Source: the human T2T-CHM13v2.0 reference genome, Homo sapiens
Strand: one strand, 5' to 3'
Length of the DNA: 64,000 bases
Assembly: GCF_009914755.1 (NCBI RefSeq)
Contig: NC_060928.1
Shown here: piece by piece, positions 11,805 to 27,664 of the stretch
Position numbering within the stretch: the stretch's first letter is position 1
Layout: every line of letters starts with the position of its first letter
Program-made: the position numbers and the translations under genes
The notes under the pieces: generated by a model
Seen by the model: the letters and a program-made list of their open reading frames with translations, nothing else
Told to the model about the DNA's origin: nothing
Databases searched by the model: none

Positions 11805-12820
11805 CTCACTCCGAAACACCTGTTCCAAAAAGGAGTTAGTTATTTCTGATGATGACTGTGCACCACTTGCTGAGCTTTGTAAAGGGCTTAATTTTGTTTC
11901 TTTTTGTATCATACTATTCCAGAAAAGGTAGCTAGTAGGTATTTATCCTTACCAAAAGATGGGCATGCTTGAAGTAAATGGTTCAATTATAAGAGTGGGG
12001 TGGTTTTTCTTATTCCAATAATTTTATACATTATTATTTTACCTATTTTACAGATTTGTAAAATGTGGCAATTGTGACAGAATTTTTTCCCTCCAGAACC
12101 CCCAATAATATCCTGTTAGTGCCTCACATAATGAGAGATGATCATGGAGACATTTTATTGTGAGGTATAAATGTTGAGTGTTGAATAAGCACTTTGTCTT
12201 GATGGAGAATTACTTTGCTTTTCTGGGGTGGTAAAAATGGTTGTTTATACTGATAGAATAAAGCAAATAAGAAAGTTTATAAAAGCTCAGTGAAAATTCA
12301 AGAGCACTCTAAATATAAGCTTATATTTCTCGTATCATGTGTTGTACAAAATTTAGGCTTATGTGCAAAAATAAAAGATCTGATTAAAATGTTTACTTAA
12401 ATGCATAAATGAATACAGTGGAACTGTCTAAGACATGTCAAGAAAATTTGGTGTTAATCTATTTAAATTTTTTGGTAAGCATAAAAATCACTTTTTCTAG
12501 TGTACTGGAAGAAAAGTTATTTACTGACTCAGCACATTTTAATTGAGTCCTTACTGTGTGCTAGAGACTGTATAGTTTTAAAAAATGCCAAGAAGGGGTT
12601 ACTGAAAGATGAAAGGATCTGAAAAACAAAGGGATTATTACATCAGTAAAAATCACATCAGGGGTCTGTCTAGATGAGTGTGAAGAAATTATAGTACATG
12701 GATAAAATGAGCAAACTTAGGTTGTATCTCACATATCAGGGCTACTTGTGAGGTTTCATAAAATATGACTTCAAAGTTTGTTGGGTAGATAATGATAACA
12801 TGTATCAGTAGTACTGGTAG

Positions 12821-13114
<294 letters not shown>

Positions 13115-14430
13115 TGTTTTTTTTTTTTTTTCCTTCTTCTTCTTTATTAAACGGGAGAGACAGGAAGGAGAAGGGGAGAGAATATAAGAACAAATTTGAA
13201 TGAATGAGAGGAGTGAAAACGAAAATATCTGTATTTTGGATTTGAAAATTCTACTGTAGCAGATAATAATAACCTGGCTTATTATGGAGTTAGTGTATGT
13301 GTGTAGCAGTTTGAAAACTGTCTTTGATATCTTTCCTTTTGGTGATTATTAGATATAAATTATCTACATGTGAAATTTCATGGAAATTAGAGATAATATA
13401 GAATATTCAGCACAGTGTCTGGCATATAATAGGTAGTTATTGTTGATAAATCATTTATATGAATACATTCATATAATGTGGGTGGTACAGTACAATGCAA
13501 TGGTTTAAATAATGGCTTGAAACAGTAAGCTTGAAACTAATATTTTGGTTTGATAGTTTATATTACTAAGCTGTTGAGATGTGACGTCGCTACAAAAATA
13601 ATAAATTTAGCCCAATATCAAAATAGTAAAACTGACTGCTAGGATCATAAAAATTTAGCTTTCCAGCGTATTTTGTGACTTAGTTCAGTTTGCTATTTTT
13701 GTTTTAAGAAAAATGAAGTTCAAAATATTGCAAGCACACAGGATGGTATAAAATACAGCAGTGTATTCCTGCTGAAAATCTTTAACATACTGTTGAAAAT
13801 CTTTAGTAGAGGAATATATTCTGCACATTTAAAAAAATCTCACACAAAGAGCCTTCTATGTTTCTTAAAGAATTTTTTTTTTCTTTTTTGGGGAAGGGGA
13901 AAAGGTCTGTAGGATAAGCTTATTTAATATGACATCAGTTGAATAAAGCCAGCTGTGAGTAATTATCTCCGATATTTGATTTCCAGCTGTTTTGTTGAAC
14001 TGTTATGGGCTCTCAAGGTATTTGGATATTAATTAAATGATGACTCATTACAAAGGAGTCTTGTTTTAAATACTACTTTATAAAATAGAACATTAAAATA
14101 GACCAACTGGTACAAAGTTTTAATCTTTTCTGGAGTAACTATTTTTTCCTACCTGGTTCATTTTCATGTTTATTTTAAAGTCAATACATTTTTAACTTGG
14201 AGGAAATCATTCAGATCGGATATGTTTTGGTAATTATTTTATATAATTGTATGTATATCTATATATCTCTATCTGTATACATAAATATAATTAAATGTGT
14301 CTTCTCTTTGCCTAAAGGTTTTTGAAGTCAGGTTATCATTAGTGAATAATTCATATCAGGTTGAATATAAGAGCAGGTATTTTCATTTTAGCATGTTGGA
14401 TACTGGACATCAGATTGTGTAAACAATGGA

Positions 14431-14704
14431 TTTTTGTTTGTTTTTTTGAGAGAGGGTCTCAATCCGTTGACCAGGCCGGAGTGCAGTGGCAGGATCACAG
14501 TTCACTGCAGTCTTGACTTCAGCCTCTTGAGTAGGGAAAGACTACAGGCGCCTACCCCAATGCCCAGCTAATTTGTTTAGTTTTTGTAGGGTTGGGGTCT
14601 CGCTATGTTGCCCAGGCTGGTCTCGAATTTATGGGCTCAGGCAGTCCTCCAGCCTCTGCCTCCCAAAGTGCTGCGATTACAGGCATGAACCACTGTGCCT
14701 AGCT
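14431..14704 (-). mobile_element. Alu (AluJ-like, internal deletion)
   Basis: TSD aacaatgga on both sides. Confidence 0.88.
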
Positions 14705-14850
14705 AACAATGGACATTTTGGAAAATGTGAAAAGAAATCACAGAGGTTACAAGAAAGATTTTTTTAAAAAGTCATTGAACAATGAAATAAGAAATTAGGA
14801 AGTAGGACTAGTCAAAAGTGGATTAGTGCTCCAAAGATGTAAGGAAAAGG

Positions 14851-15334
<484 letters not shown>

Positions 15335-15599
15335 CTACTTTGTAGTTAACCTAGAGAAGTTAACACAGCCATTGCTACAGAGCTTTCTGCCACTTGAGTT
15401 CCAGAATTCCAGAATCCAGTTTCCTAGGGATTGTGGGGAGTAAAAAGAGGTATAGGGTATGGTCCCTGTATGGGAGCAATACAGTCTTTATTGAGTAGTG
15501 TCTATATTGTCTTGTTTACTCAGGTATTTCATATATACATTAAAAAAACCGACAATAAAAATGAACATATGAAAACTTCCTTATTTGTGATACATGAGT

Positions 15600-16680
15600 A
15601 AATGTTGATGAGATTAGAGAAGGGGTCCAAAAAGGTTTCTCTGAGGATATGAGTTGAGTTGCCCATCAGGATGGATTGGGTAGTGGATGCTGATGTGGGC
15701 AAACACTGGAATAGACCTCAGATGCTGCATGATGTGCCTGTGTAACACAGTTGAAATTTGGTGATCAAGGGACATATTACAGCAGGGTAGGGCAACCGCC
15801 TAAAAAATGACTTGGGGTCCTTTAATTGGTTTATGTTGTACATGGTGAAAGAAGAGAAGGCCCCGAAATGACCATGGCATAGAAAATAGAAATCAAAAAG
15901 AAAAGTATGACAGGAGACTTTACAGGATTAAAAAAAACCACGACTCATTAAATGTGTGAAAAAAGAGAAAATAGTTGCTACTAAGTTGAAAACTCCTACG
16001 TGGTTTTCACTGGAATAGCTGGGACACTGGTGCAGGCACCAGAAGTAGAGAAATCTAAACATGTGGCCAGTTTTTTGGGGGAAATTTAGTGTGAAGTTTA
16101 GTTACCATTTGAAATGACGCTTCAGCAGCTTCAAATGGTAACTAATCAGCTGGGAATTGTGGTGGTTTGTAAAAAAAAGTCAGAGTCCAGGAGTCAGTTG
16201 TAAAGATAGGCTGAGAATAGATGCGATATCTTAGGGAAGGATCCTTATGAAGAAGAATGACGGTTCAAAGCCCAGCCCTGGGAGTACCTAACATGGAGAG
16301 ACTGCAGAGCCCATGTTGGGCCGGGAAAGACCCAAGGGGAAGGACTGGCCACACAGCACTGGGTGCCTTCCCGAAGTTTCATACCCTTTCCTTTTGTGAT
16401 TTTTTTTCTTCTTGTGTGTCACTGTCAAATTTTAAAAAATGTTCTATTTAATATTGTTTGTCTTACTAGAAAGGACAATGATTTTCTCTGTTTTGTATGC
16501 TAGTGTGTTCCTGGCATCTAGAATAGAGCTTGACACTATTCTTGGCACAAGAAGAAAAAAGGATTTGCTTTAAAGAGATCACTGGTGATCTTGGAGAAAC
16601 AAATTTCAGTAAATTTAGGGGCAAAGATCAGATTCCCAAAAGTTATACAATAACTGGATAGTTGAGAAAATGGACCAAAG
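15600..16680. mobile_element. Degenerate L2 fragments
   Basis: Purine-rich L2-like motifs (gagatcactggtgatcttggaga; caaagatcagatt). Confidence 0.45.
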
Positions 16681-18119
16681 GAATGTACCTGTTTAATGTA
16701 GTGGTAGATTTACTTCCACAAGTATTGTTGTCTTTGATTTACTAACATTTTTCTATTACAGTAAAAATTAGGATCAACTATGATGAAATGAAATTTAAAA
16801 ATAAGGTGGTGAGGCTCATATGTGTAAATATGTATGATCTTGAAATTTTGTCATGTTGTCCAGTGACGCAGTTTTTATAAAAACCTTGGTGCCATTACTC
16901 AAAACAGGTTTAGAATTTATGTTGGGGTTATTGCCAGAGTTGTTTAGTGAATTCTACAAGGAAGTTACCTCTTTACTTTCATACAACAGTATGTTGTTTT
17001 TGAGCCTGATTGAACTTAAATATATTCAACCCCTTTACCAGGCTTAAGTCTGGGTGAGTATGTTGAATGTTTTCACAAGCCAAATCTCCCCAGAAAGGCT
17101 GAGGAATTACTACTAATTACAATATTCAAAGGAATGTATTTCCAGGTATTCTTGAAGCACACATACCTATGCGTGCATTTGATAGCCAGAACATTACAGT
17201 GAATGACCAGTGAACAGTCAGGAAACAAATCCATCCTTGGCCTCCCCTTTTTATTTTTATTTTCCCTCCCCAGTTCATTGCAAAGGAGGCAGACTAGATG
17301 CCGGGCAGCCAGGCCCCACACATGGTTCAGCACAGCTGGTGGTTCTGCCAAGTTGGGTTTCATCCCCAAGAGCATGCAGATTTATTAGTACATTTTGGCA
17401 GAAGACATCACTTTATATTAAATTATTATTGAACTGTCATAAATTTAAATAGTAAAAGGGTATACTTTGAAAACGACACCTCTTTTCTAATGATAAAAGG
17501 ACCTGATGATACATGTAGGATACGGTCACGTTTCATTATGCGTAGGAGGTACTCAGTAACAGTTTTCCAATGGAAAGAATGAGAAGTTATGGGTATTTAT
17601 TATTTTTCATATAATTGCTTTGTAGGTAGCTTGAGGATCAAAGGCTAGAAGAGAAGAATATATGTGATAGGATATAGAAGTTTTGATATCAGCTGGCAGC
17701 AGTGGTAGAGTGGAAGAAAGCATTTGTGAATTTGGGAGTAAGAAAACTTGTCTTCTGACAACCGTTATTCATAATTGAATTTCTATCTTGCATTGTGGCC
17801 ATTTGTGAGAATCTTTTATCTATTCTAGCAAACTGAGTTTCTTTGAGGACCAGAGTATATTGTACCAACCTTTGTATCCCCAAGGCAACATCCCAGCACA
17901 GTGCTTTGCACAGAGCAAGTATTCAATACTTTGAATTGACCAGTGAACTGCAAATGAAGGGAAAGGATAACATCTGAACAGATTTTGGAACCCCCCTCAA
18001 CTCCCAATCTATGTGGAAATTTGAGACTAAATAAAAGTTGTCATTTGTATTAGGAAAAAAAATGTGTGTTTAATTAAATACTCAATTACACGTCAAATTC
18101 TGCTGTTCTCTTGTTTTTA

Positions 18120-19860
18120 AAAGTTTATTTTTAAAATTGATACATAAAAATTATAGGTATTTATGGTGTACAACGTGATTTGAAATATGCATACATTGTG
18201 GAATAGCCAAATTGAGCCAATTAACATACATATTACCTCAACTTATTTTTTGTGGTTAGAACACTTAAAATTTACTTAGTGATTTAAGAATACAATATAT
18301 TGTTGTTAACTGTAGTTACCATGTTGTACATTAGAGCTCTTGAACTTACTCCTCCTAGCTAATTTTGTGTCATTTGATCAACATCTCCCCAACAGCCCCC
18401 CCTCCCCAGCCCCTTGTGACCACTGTGGGAACTCTCTACTCCTGTGAATTCAACTTCTCTAGATTCTACATATAGATGAAATCACACAGTATTTGCCTTT
18501 GTACGCCTGGCTTATCTCACTTAACATATCCTCCAGGTTCATTTATATTGTCATAAATAATAGGATTTCATTTTTTTTAAGGCTAATATTCTGTTATACC
18601 TATATACCGCACTTTCTTCATCCATCCATTGAGGGACGTTTAGGTTGATTCCGTATCTCAGCTGTTGTGAATAATGGTGCAGTGAACATGGGAGTGCAGG
18701 CATCTCTTCAACATAGTGATTTCATTTCCTTGAATATATAGCCAGTAGTGGGACCGCTTGATCATATGGTAGTCCTATTTTTAATTTTTTTGCAGGAACC
18801 TCCATACTGTTTTCCATAATGAATATACTAATTTACATTCTCATCAACAGTGAGAATTTCTCTTTTCTTCACATCCTCTTCAGTGCTCATCTCTTTTTTT
18901 TTTTTTTAAACAGCCATTCTTACATGTATGAGGTTTTGTTGTGGTTTTAATTTGCATTTCTTGGATGATTAGTGATCTTGAACATTTTTTCATATACCTG
19001 TTGGCTATTTGTAGTCTTTTGAGAAATGTCTATTCAGGTCCTTTTCCTATTTTTAAATTGGGTTACTTGTGTTTTTTTGCTATTGAGTTGTTTTTCTTAT
19101 ATATTTTGTATATTAACCCCCTATCAGGTGTATGGTTTGCAAATACAGTCAGCCCTCCATACACTCAGGTTGCACCTGCAGATTCAACCAACCATGGATC
19201 GAAGATATTTTAAAAAACCAATAAACAAACAATACAACAGTAAAAACTAATACAGTAAAAAAGACAATACAGTATAACACCAACTATTCACATAGTATTT
19301 ACATGGCATTAGATATGATAAGTAATCTAGAGATAATATATGGAAGGATGTGCATAGGCTACACGCAAACCCTATGCCATTTTATATAAGGAAAATCCTC
19401 GGGGGCGGGTTCTGGAAGCAACCCATCATGGATACTAAGGGTCAGCTTTATTTCCTCCCATTCTGTAGGTTGTCTCTTTAGCCCAACTGTTTTCTTGGCT
19501 ATACAGAAACTTTTTAGTTTGATGTGATCCCATTCATCTATTTTTGATTTTGTTGCCTTTACTTTTGGGGTCATTTCCAGAAAATTATTGCCTGTACCAA
19601 TGTCATGGAACTTTTCAGATGTTTTCTACTATTAGTTTTACGGTTCCAGGTCTTACGTTTAAGTCTTTGAGTTTATTTTGTGTATGGTATTAATAAGGGT
19701 CTAATTTTATTCTTCTGCATGTGTAGATACCCAGTTTTCTCAACATCATTTATTGAAGAGACTCTTCTTTCCCCCATTGTGTGCTCTTGGTACCTTTTTT
19801 GAGAATCAGTTGACTGTAAATGGTGGATTTATTTCTGATCTCTCTGTTCTGTTACCCTGT
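18120..19860 (-). mobile_element. L1MA-type (about L1MA8/9) 3' portion, interrupted by MER2
   Basis: tatttatggtgtacaacgtgatt..atacattgtggaat 3' UTR; ORF2 remnant MTPK..KSKIDEWDHIKLKSFC on the minus strand. Confidence 0.88.
19146..19448 (+). mobile_element. MER2 (TcMar-Tigger), near full length, TA target duplication
   Basis: TA|cagtcagccctccatac...gatactaagggtcagctt|TA; the L1 sequence resumes seamlessly afterwards. Confidence 0.85.
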
Positions 19861-20114
19861 CTACTTCTTAAGTGGTCTACTATTAGAGTGTTGCAACATT
19901 GTTATTTTACTTTAAGACCAGACATTATCTAAGAAAACAAAAAAGATAAACTAAAATGCTATTTTGAGTATGTTGTAGGAAATCTCTGCAGCCTGACATA
20001 TTTTGGCAGAAGCCAAAGAGTTACTGATAACCTCCTTCACCCTGAGGCACTCCTCTCCGTTTGATTTTCATAATTACCTTTAACTTGAACAACAATAATG
20101 TTCCACATGCCAGT

Positions 20115-20300
20115 GTTCATAAAAGAAAGTGCCTACTACACGTCAAGGCACTGATGATTCGCTTAGAAAATCTTAGATACTCTTATTATTCCTATTTTAC
20201 GGGTGGAGAGACTGAGCCACAGAGAGGTTGAGTGACTTGTTCAGGGATGCCAAGCTGGTAAATGGCAGTCAGATACTGAACTCAGTCAGTGTTGCTCAAG
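20115..20300 (+). mobile_element. MIR SINE
   Basis: attttacgggtggagagactgagccacagagaggttgagtgacttgttcaggg. Confidence 0.75.
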
Positions 20301-23300
20301 TGACTCATCTGCCTAGTGGCCTGGCAAGCAGAGAGTATGCAGGGGAATTGCCTGGAAAGGTGCACTGTGATTACCTATTCTGTCCACAACATCTTCCTAC
20401 ATCATTTTGCAAATTTTTCGTTCTATACCAAGGCCCAGAGTTCCACTAGTAGTTCTAGAGATATCTTTCATGTAAAAGGAGTGTCTCTTAAATTTTTTTT
20501 TTTTAAGAATCTTTCATGGGATAGGGTCAAAATACCTAGAATACTTTTTTCTGGAAAGTTTTCATAGAGAATAAGAGCCGGAAGTAAAAGGTAAATAATT
20601 CTGCAACTTTGCAGTCACCTCACTCACTCAGTAAGATTGCTTTAGGTAGGTGTCAGAGACAAGTGTCCCAAGTTTTTGGATTTTCATCAAGCCAAGACCA
20701 TTGCCCTTCATACTACCGTTCAAGAGTTACAGCACCAAAATAGGGTAGGCAACTTAAAACATTTCTTCTGTTAAGGATATTAGATAAAACAGTGAACTAC
20801 TATCTAGTATCAATATAATTTCAAGTAATGACATTATAAAAAAAAGGGAAGGTTACAGTCCCACAATAAAGGAGAACTCTTTAAATGGAATACATTAAGC
20901 TTATCAAGGATCTCAACTCATTGTCCTTAATCTCTCATTTTGCCACACACTAGTGAGAATTCTCTGGTGGACCTACATTTGGAACCTTTTCACTAGCCTT
21001 CTTTGAAATCTTTTACCAAGAAAATATTTTATAGCTTCCTTTTCCTTCTTCCTGTATGGGTCCTGTAGTTCTCGGATGCAGTAGCTGATAGACCCAACCA
21101 CCCTTTATAACACTGGCCCTGAGGCAACACACATTTTAAGTTATGCACAAGTATTTTAGGAAATGTGAAGTTGGGAACCGTTCTCCTACCTTCCCTATTC
21201 ATGTTCCTTTCTGATTGTGATGGCTGCTCTGCAGTAATTGACTTCATAGGATGTTCACTCTTACCACCCCAAGGGCTCTTTGCTTCCTTCTGATTTCTGG
21301 AGAATCTTGGTAATGATGATCTGAGGGCTTTAAATGTTGGGGGTGGGATGTCAGAGTATCAATGTTGTGAAGGTAAAGGTCTACTTATTTATGAATGTGA
21401 TGGAGTCTGTCATATAAATCAAATGTACACATGTACAATTTTAAGTTGTAATGCACGCATGCTACTTCCTCTGTAAGTGGGGGAGGTAGAACAGTTATCA
21501 GTAGGATAAGTAAAGTGAGATTCTTAGCTTCAAAGGAGAATTCAAAACATGTATTGAAAGGTGAGATACTTCAGAAACTATAACTTGCTGTCCCTTCTAG
21601 TGGAGCACTTGATTAGAAAATACATATTTTTACATATTTTTAAGTCTCTGATTCTTCTTTGAAATTCAGTAATACCCAGCATTTTCTGTAACTGCCCTCC
21701 TCTGCACCCTTTCCCTAAATGTTTATCTGATTGGATAAACTATTCCTCTTCTCTGCTCCTTCACCTTTCATGGATAGGTCTAAAAGAGATCAATTTTGAA
21801 CAGACCTAAAATTTCTTTAGCATTTTAGCTCATTTTCTGACCAATAGTGGAAGGCTTTAATTACATATGTCAAATATTCTCATTTGCTTCTCCTGTCCTC
21901 TTGAGAAATAGAAAATTTGAGAATAAGTAGTACTATTGGTGGTTGACTCCTTGGTAAAACATTCAAGATGGGAAAAACAGATGTCAAATTATTTTTGTCT
22001 TTTGTCCTAGAAAAATGGCTACAATGAAATTTTCTATATTTAAAACCTTCCATTCAAAGAGTACTTCTTTTTTGCTAAGAGGCAATAAAGAACTGGTGTC
22101 CTCAGTGACCTATTCCGCTTTGCTTTTATTAAGACTATCTAAACTCTACCGTGGTAGGACTATTGAGATTTGTACAGTGAATGTTCAAAATGAGTGCTGT
22201 TGATAGTGCCTCTGGAATTAGGTTGGTATTAGAAACTTGAGGTTTCCTGAGGGTGATTTGTGCAGACTCTATGGCCCTTTGTTGCGGAGATAGGAGTTCA
22301 GTGGAATGATGTATAGCAGCCCCTGTCTGTCCACCCCCAGCTCAACAAGGTTTCTAGGAGGTTTAACTGGAGCCAGACTGTATTTGGGAAATGAATTGAA
22401 CACCAAGCTGAAGGTTTTAACTCTACTGATAGAGGAGAATTTGTGGGGAAGGTGTTTGGTTGATGTTATTTTTTAATTGAAATTGAAGATAGTTCAGGAA
22501 TCATTTTATTAGAGAGAGAGTGTATGTCTGTGCCTCTGTTCTCTGTGTGTATACGCAGCTGATTTCTGTTTTTGGTTGTTTTACTTAAATGTTAAATGTA
22601 ATCATTCACAGCCTGCTAACTTTTGATGGAAAAAACCAGTGCAAATATAGTATGTTAATCTACACATGTAAATTAAAATTTGACTACAAATATTGCAGTC
22701 TGAGAGTCTATTAAAATAAGATACTTTTAAAATGAAGATATCTTTTGTTAAATGTATTTTTGCTGCCTAAGAGATGGCAATTCTGGGAAGCTGTAGGCTT
22801 GGTGGTGTAATACATTGTTCTGAAGGGGAAATATTTATACTGACTCTTGAAAACAGGAATTGCGAACTGATTTTGGACACTTTCTCTTTTCTTATTTGTT
22901 AACAAAATGAGTTTTTGGTGAAAACTAAATTGTTGCTTCTTCTAATGAAAAATCGTAACTTCACAAGTGAAACTTGCTTACGGGATCATTTTTCCCAGGG
23001 ACGTGACAATTAACATGGTGCATAGTATGCATTTTAGGTTGCTAAACATAACACCCAGTTGGTAATCATAAAAACTGCCTGTGACTTCTGTTGTGACTAT
23101 ATCATTTAACCCTTGTGTTTTCTTCAATGAGAGATAAACTCTTTGAGAATGCAGATTATAGATGATACTTCATCTGTCCCTTAAAATTTATGAAGTACTT
23201 GGTACCTTCTTCAGCTCTTGTCCCTTGACACTTGACTGCTCTGGGGCTCCCTGACACCAACTTGAATTAGAAGACGAATGGGATAAAAGAGTGTTTTGTT

Positions 23301-23555
23301 GTAATTTACAAGTCTGTTTTGTAATTTTTATGGCTAATTAATGAGGTAATTACTAATCACCTTTGTCTCAAGTTTAGGAATTGTTCAAAAACTCAGTCTA
23401 AAAAAGCATGCCTTTTTCAGTGGAAAACACTTGAGGAAGTTTTTTGATTGATTTGTTTATTTTTTTCCTCTGGAAAAGAAACCTGAAGAAGTTTTAGACA
23501 AACAGGGAATGACTTGAGTCTTTATAATTTACTTCTAGCATTCTTCATACATGTC

Positions 23556-23851
<296 letters not shown>

Positions 23852-26800
23852 TAATAAAGTTTAAGCCATACATGTGTCTTATAATGTTTAGGAATCCGAG
23901 GCTGAAGAAATATACGAGGGCCTTATCAGCAATGACCAGTAATGTCATTATCAGGTTTTCCTGGGCTTTGATGTGAATTTGAATGAAATCACAATCCTAG
24001 GAGATTGTTTTTCTTTTGGGTGTAAATTAGTAAGTTCAGAAACAGTATTTTGCCTTCATATGATTTAGGGTTAAAGTAATTATTGTAACTCTAAAATAAT
24101 AATTTTTTTTTTGAAAACCATACACTCTGCTATGGATTTTTTTTCTTACATTGTTCAAAAGTATGTGATGATGTAACTCTGGGGTATGAGTGACTCGGAT
24201 GCACAAAGCACCTCAGCAGGCTGGTGATATGACATTTTTGTTTTATTTGCTCTGGTGCTTTACAAAGATCTGGGGAGGCTGTTTTAAAATAAACATTTCC
24301 CTGCTAAGGATGATAGAAGTTAAACAGTTTTAATAGGAGTGCTGATGGACTTGTTCCCGACTTCCTGCCCCTTTTCGTCAGGGACATAAAGAGAAAGGAA
24401 TCATCATATTCTTTAAGATGATCTTCAGGAATGCTTTAAACCCCCATCTCTGTGTTGACTCACTTGCGAGACCGGCGACTGCTTTTGGGTTCTAGGAAGG
24501 ACGGTTGGTCCAGTCTGCCACCTTGTGGTTATTTACAGAATTATTTCAGCCTGTATAGGTGTGAGTTTTCTGAAGCCGTAACACACAGATTGAAAACACA
24601 TTTCCTGCATTTCTTTCTCTCCCTGTTCTCAGGGAGTGCTTAAGATCATGCATACCACCACCCCTGCAGGAATGTTGCCCTTTTCTTTCTTTGCACCCAG
24701 CACATCCACCGTTCGTTGCTAGATGCAGAGCTGAGAAAGAGATGTAAGAGAAGACGAGTGTCTTTGTTCAAGGTGCTTCTCTGATCGAGGACATAAAATA
24801 CAAACCTATTAAAGTGCCCACATAGAGCACATGTGAAGGCCCTAATGTGAATGGTCAAGGTGGTAAGAACTTTAGAGGCTCAGAAAGGAAGTGTTCACTG
24901 CCAGTGTTAAATGGGGTCTTGGAGCAGAGGAGGATGGAAGAGTGTTTGGAGGGACTTTGTGTTAGGCTGTACCCAAAGACTGCTGGTCATCATGTGGAAA
25001 GGGTACAAGAGGTTGTTGGTGTTTGGGTTTCATTCCAGTGTGGGGAGCCTTGGAACGAGGTGGTTTGAACATGGTGTGCTTGACACAGTGTTAGCAGATA
25101 CGTGCTCTGGAGGTAACAGGCACCCTCCGCCCCCACCTCAAAGACAGCATTAGCCTTGTTTGGGAAATTCGTGGGTAAAGTTATTAGTCCCTCTCCTGCA
25201 TGAACTTTAATGTAGTTTGTGAACCTGGCAGAAATATATGCTATACAATGTTGTATAGGACAAGGTACTGTGGGGCATATTTTGGGAAATACTGCAAAAA
25301 AATGTTAAAAAGGTTTAACCTGACAATATGCTACTGATGTGTTATATTGAATTACTTCAATATAACAGGTTTTTTTCAAATAATACTTCAGTTGTGTGGA
25401 TATATTTTGGAAGAAAATATATACAAAATTTTAATTTGTTTTCTAATACCATCCACAGATGAAAAAATATCCAAGAACGGTGCTAAATTAAATTAGGTCT
25501 TCAAAGTCAGTTTCAGTAACTCCAATGTGACCTGAAACTTGTGGGAAACCTCTTGTAATTTTAAACAATGTTAAGAGTGAAGTGTAAATATTATAAGGAA
25601 TGTTTTAAAGGTAGAAAGTCTGTAGGTCCAAATGTTAATGGAATGCATGCAGAATTTTTTTTAACGACTTCATTTTAAGTGTTGTAAAACAGTCTTGAGC
25701 TATGGAAGGTAAACTTACATTAGAGAGGAAAATACTTACAGTTTGTTGTCCAGCTCTGCCAGTCTTAAATATGTTCCTAGCCAATCTTTCTTGGAGGAAA
25801 AATTAAGTGGCTGTTTTCAAATTGGAAAATTTCCCCATTCTCCTCTTTCTCAATCTTAAGGATATGAGATTTCTTACCAATGTCATTTGGAAAGTATATT
25901 TATAACAGATGTGATAAAATATATGTCAGGTACACTTCTCTTTAAACCTAATATAAAAATCTGGATTTATCAAACAGACAATTTAGGGACCCTTATAAGT
26001 ATTATAAGAATTCATTCAACTTTTTTTTTTTTTTTGGCATACAGACACATCATAAAAGGATACATTAATTTGTAAAAATTCTGATATATATAGTGTCTCA
26101 GGAATATTTTAAATTTTATATTCTTAGGATTACTTGTGCTTTTATTCAGATCTCATTGGCAGTGAACTCAATCACCTTTTTTTCCAGGATCTGATTTTGC
26201 CATGAAACTATCAGTACTGAAACTATGTGTAATTTCAGCCACACAGCCTAGTTGCATAGATATTATTCACTGTCTTTTGCAAATATGGTCTCACTAACAA
26301 ACCCAGGGTCACACAGCTAGGGAGTGGTGGGGATCAGGATTTGAACTCTGTCCATCTGACTCCAAAGCTTGTATTCCTTTTATTACATCTCTCTCCTTCT
26401 TAGGATAGCTCTTTTGTATGTTTTAGTGTAGAAGTATTTGAGATCTCCTAAATAAAACACTGCAACTTAACCATAGCATATCCACTTAACCTTACCGTAT
26501 CAATAAACATAATGAAACTTGCAGAACTTCCCCTTTTCTGCCCCTTCACCATTTGGGTATAGATGTGAATTTGAGCATTGGATAATCTAGCTTTTAACCC
26601 CGTTATTAATAATGTTCAAGACGTAACTCTCTAATTCATTGCTAGTGATCTTTTGCCCAAAAGGATAAATTTCATTTTTATCTTTCCAAGTTCCTCTCTC
26701 TGATGGATCAACAAGGAAGAATATGTTGGCATCAGGACAGTTCTGGTCCTGTGACCAGTGTCGCTTTAAGCAAGATGCTCCTTTCTCTTCCTCCTTATGT

Positions 26801-27286
26801 TTAAGTCCATAGACATTTACCACTTAGGCCTCAACCTCCATAGGCCTGCTAATTATGACACAGTCTTGGCCTCAGTTTCCTTGACCATTAAGAAAGACTT
26901 TTTAAAGGAATCAATCCACTTCCAAATACAGTTAAATATGTAGGTTCATATATGAAACAAAACCCCTTTTAAAGGAAAAAGATATGTCTTTTTTCTCATG
27001 CTGCAGTGGAACATAATCCCCCCACCCCATTATTTTTTGTTGTGTACAAGCAGCAAAGAGTCTGTACAGGATAGGAGGGATTGCACCAGCATATGGTATG
27101 GGCAGGCAGTCAGGAGAGGAGGTGGAGAAATATTAATCTGCTCTCAGTTCTCCAAAGATCATATTACGACATACTGTACATTGTTAGTGAGATCTTGATG
27201 CTGCAAACAAATGAAACTAAAAGCTAGTTGTAAGTGAATTGTAAGTTTGCTATGAAGCCCGTTATATATTCTGAATGAGTCTCTAA

Positions 27287-27664
<378 letters not shown>

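Noticed and set aside
12054-12163. Cryptic exon (ttttacag| ... gag|gtataa)
   Set aside because: Weak donor, no RAPGEF-like peptide and no supporting evidence; indistinguishable from background pseudo-exons.
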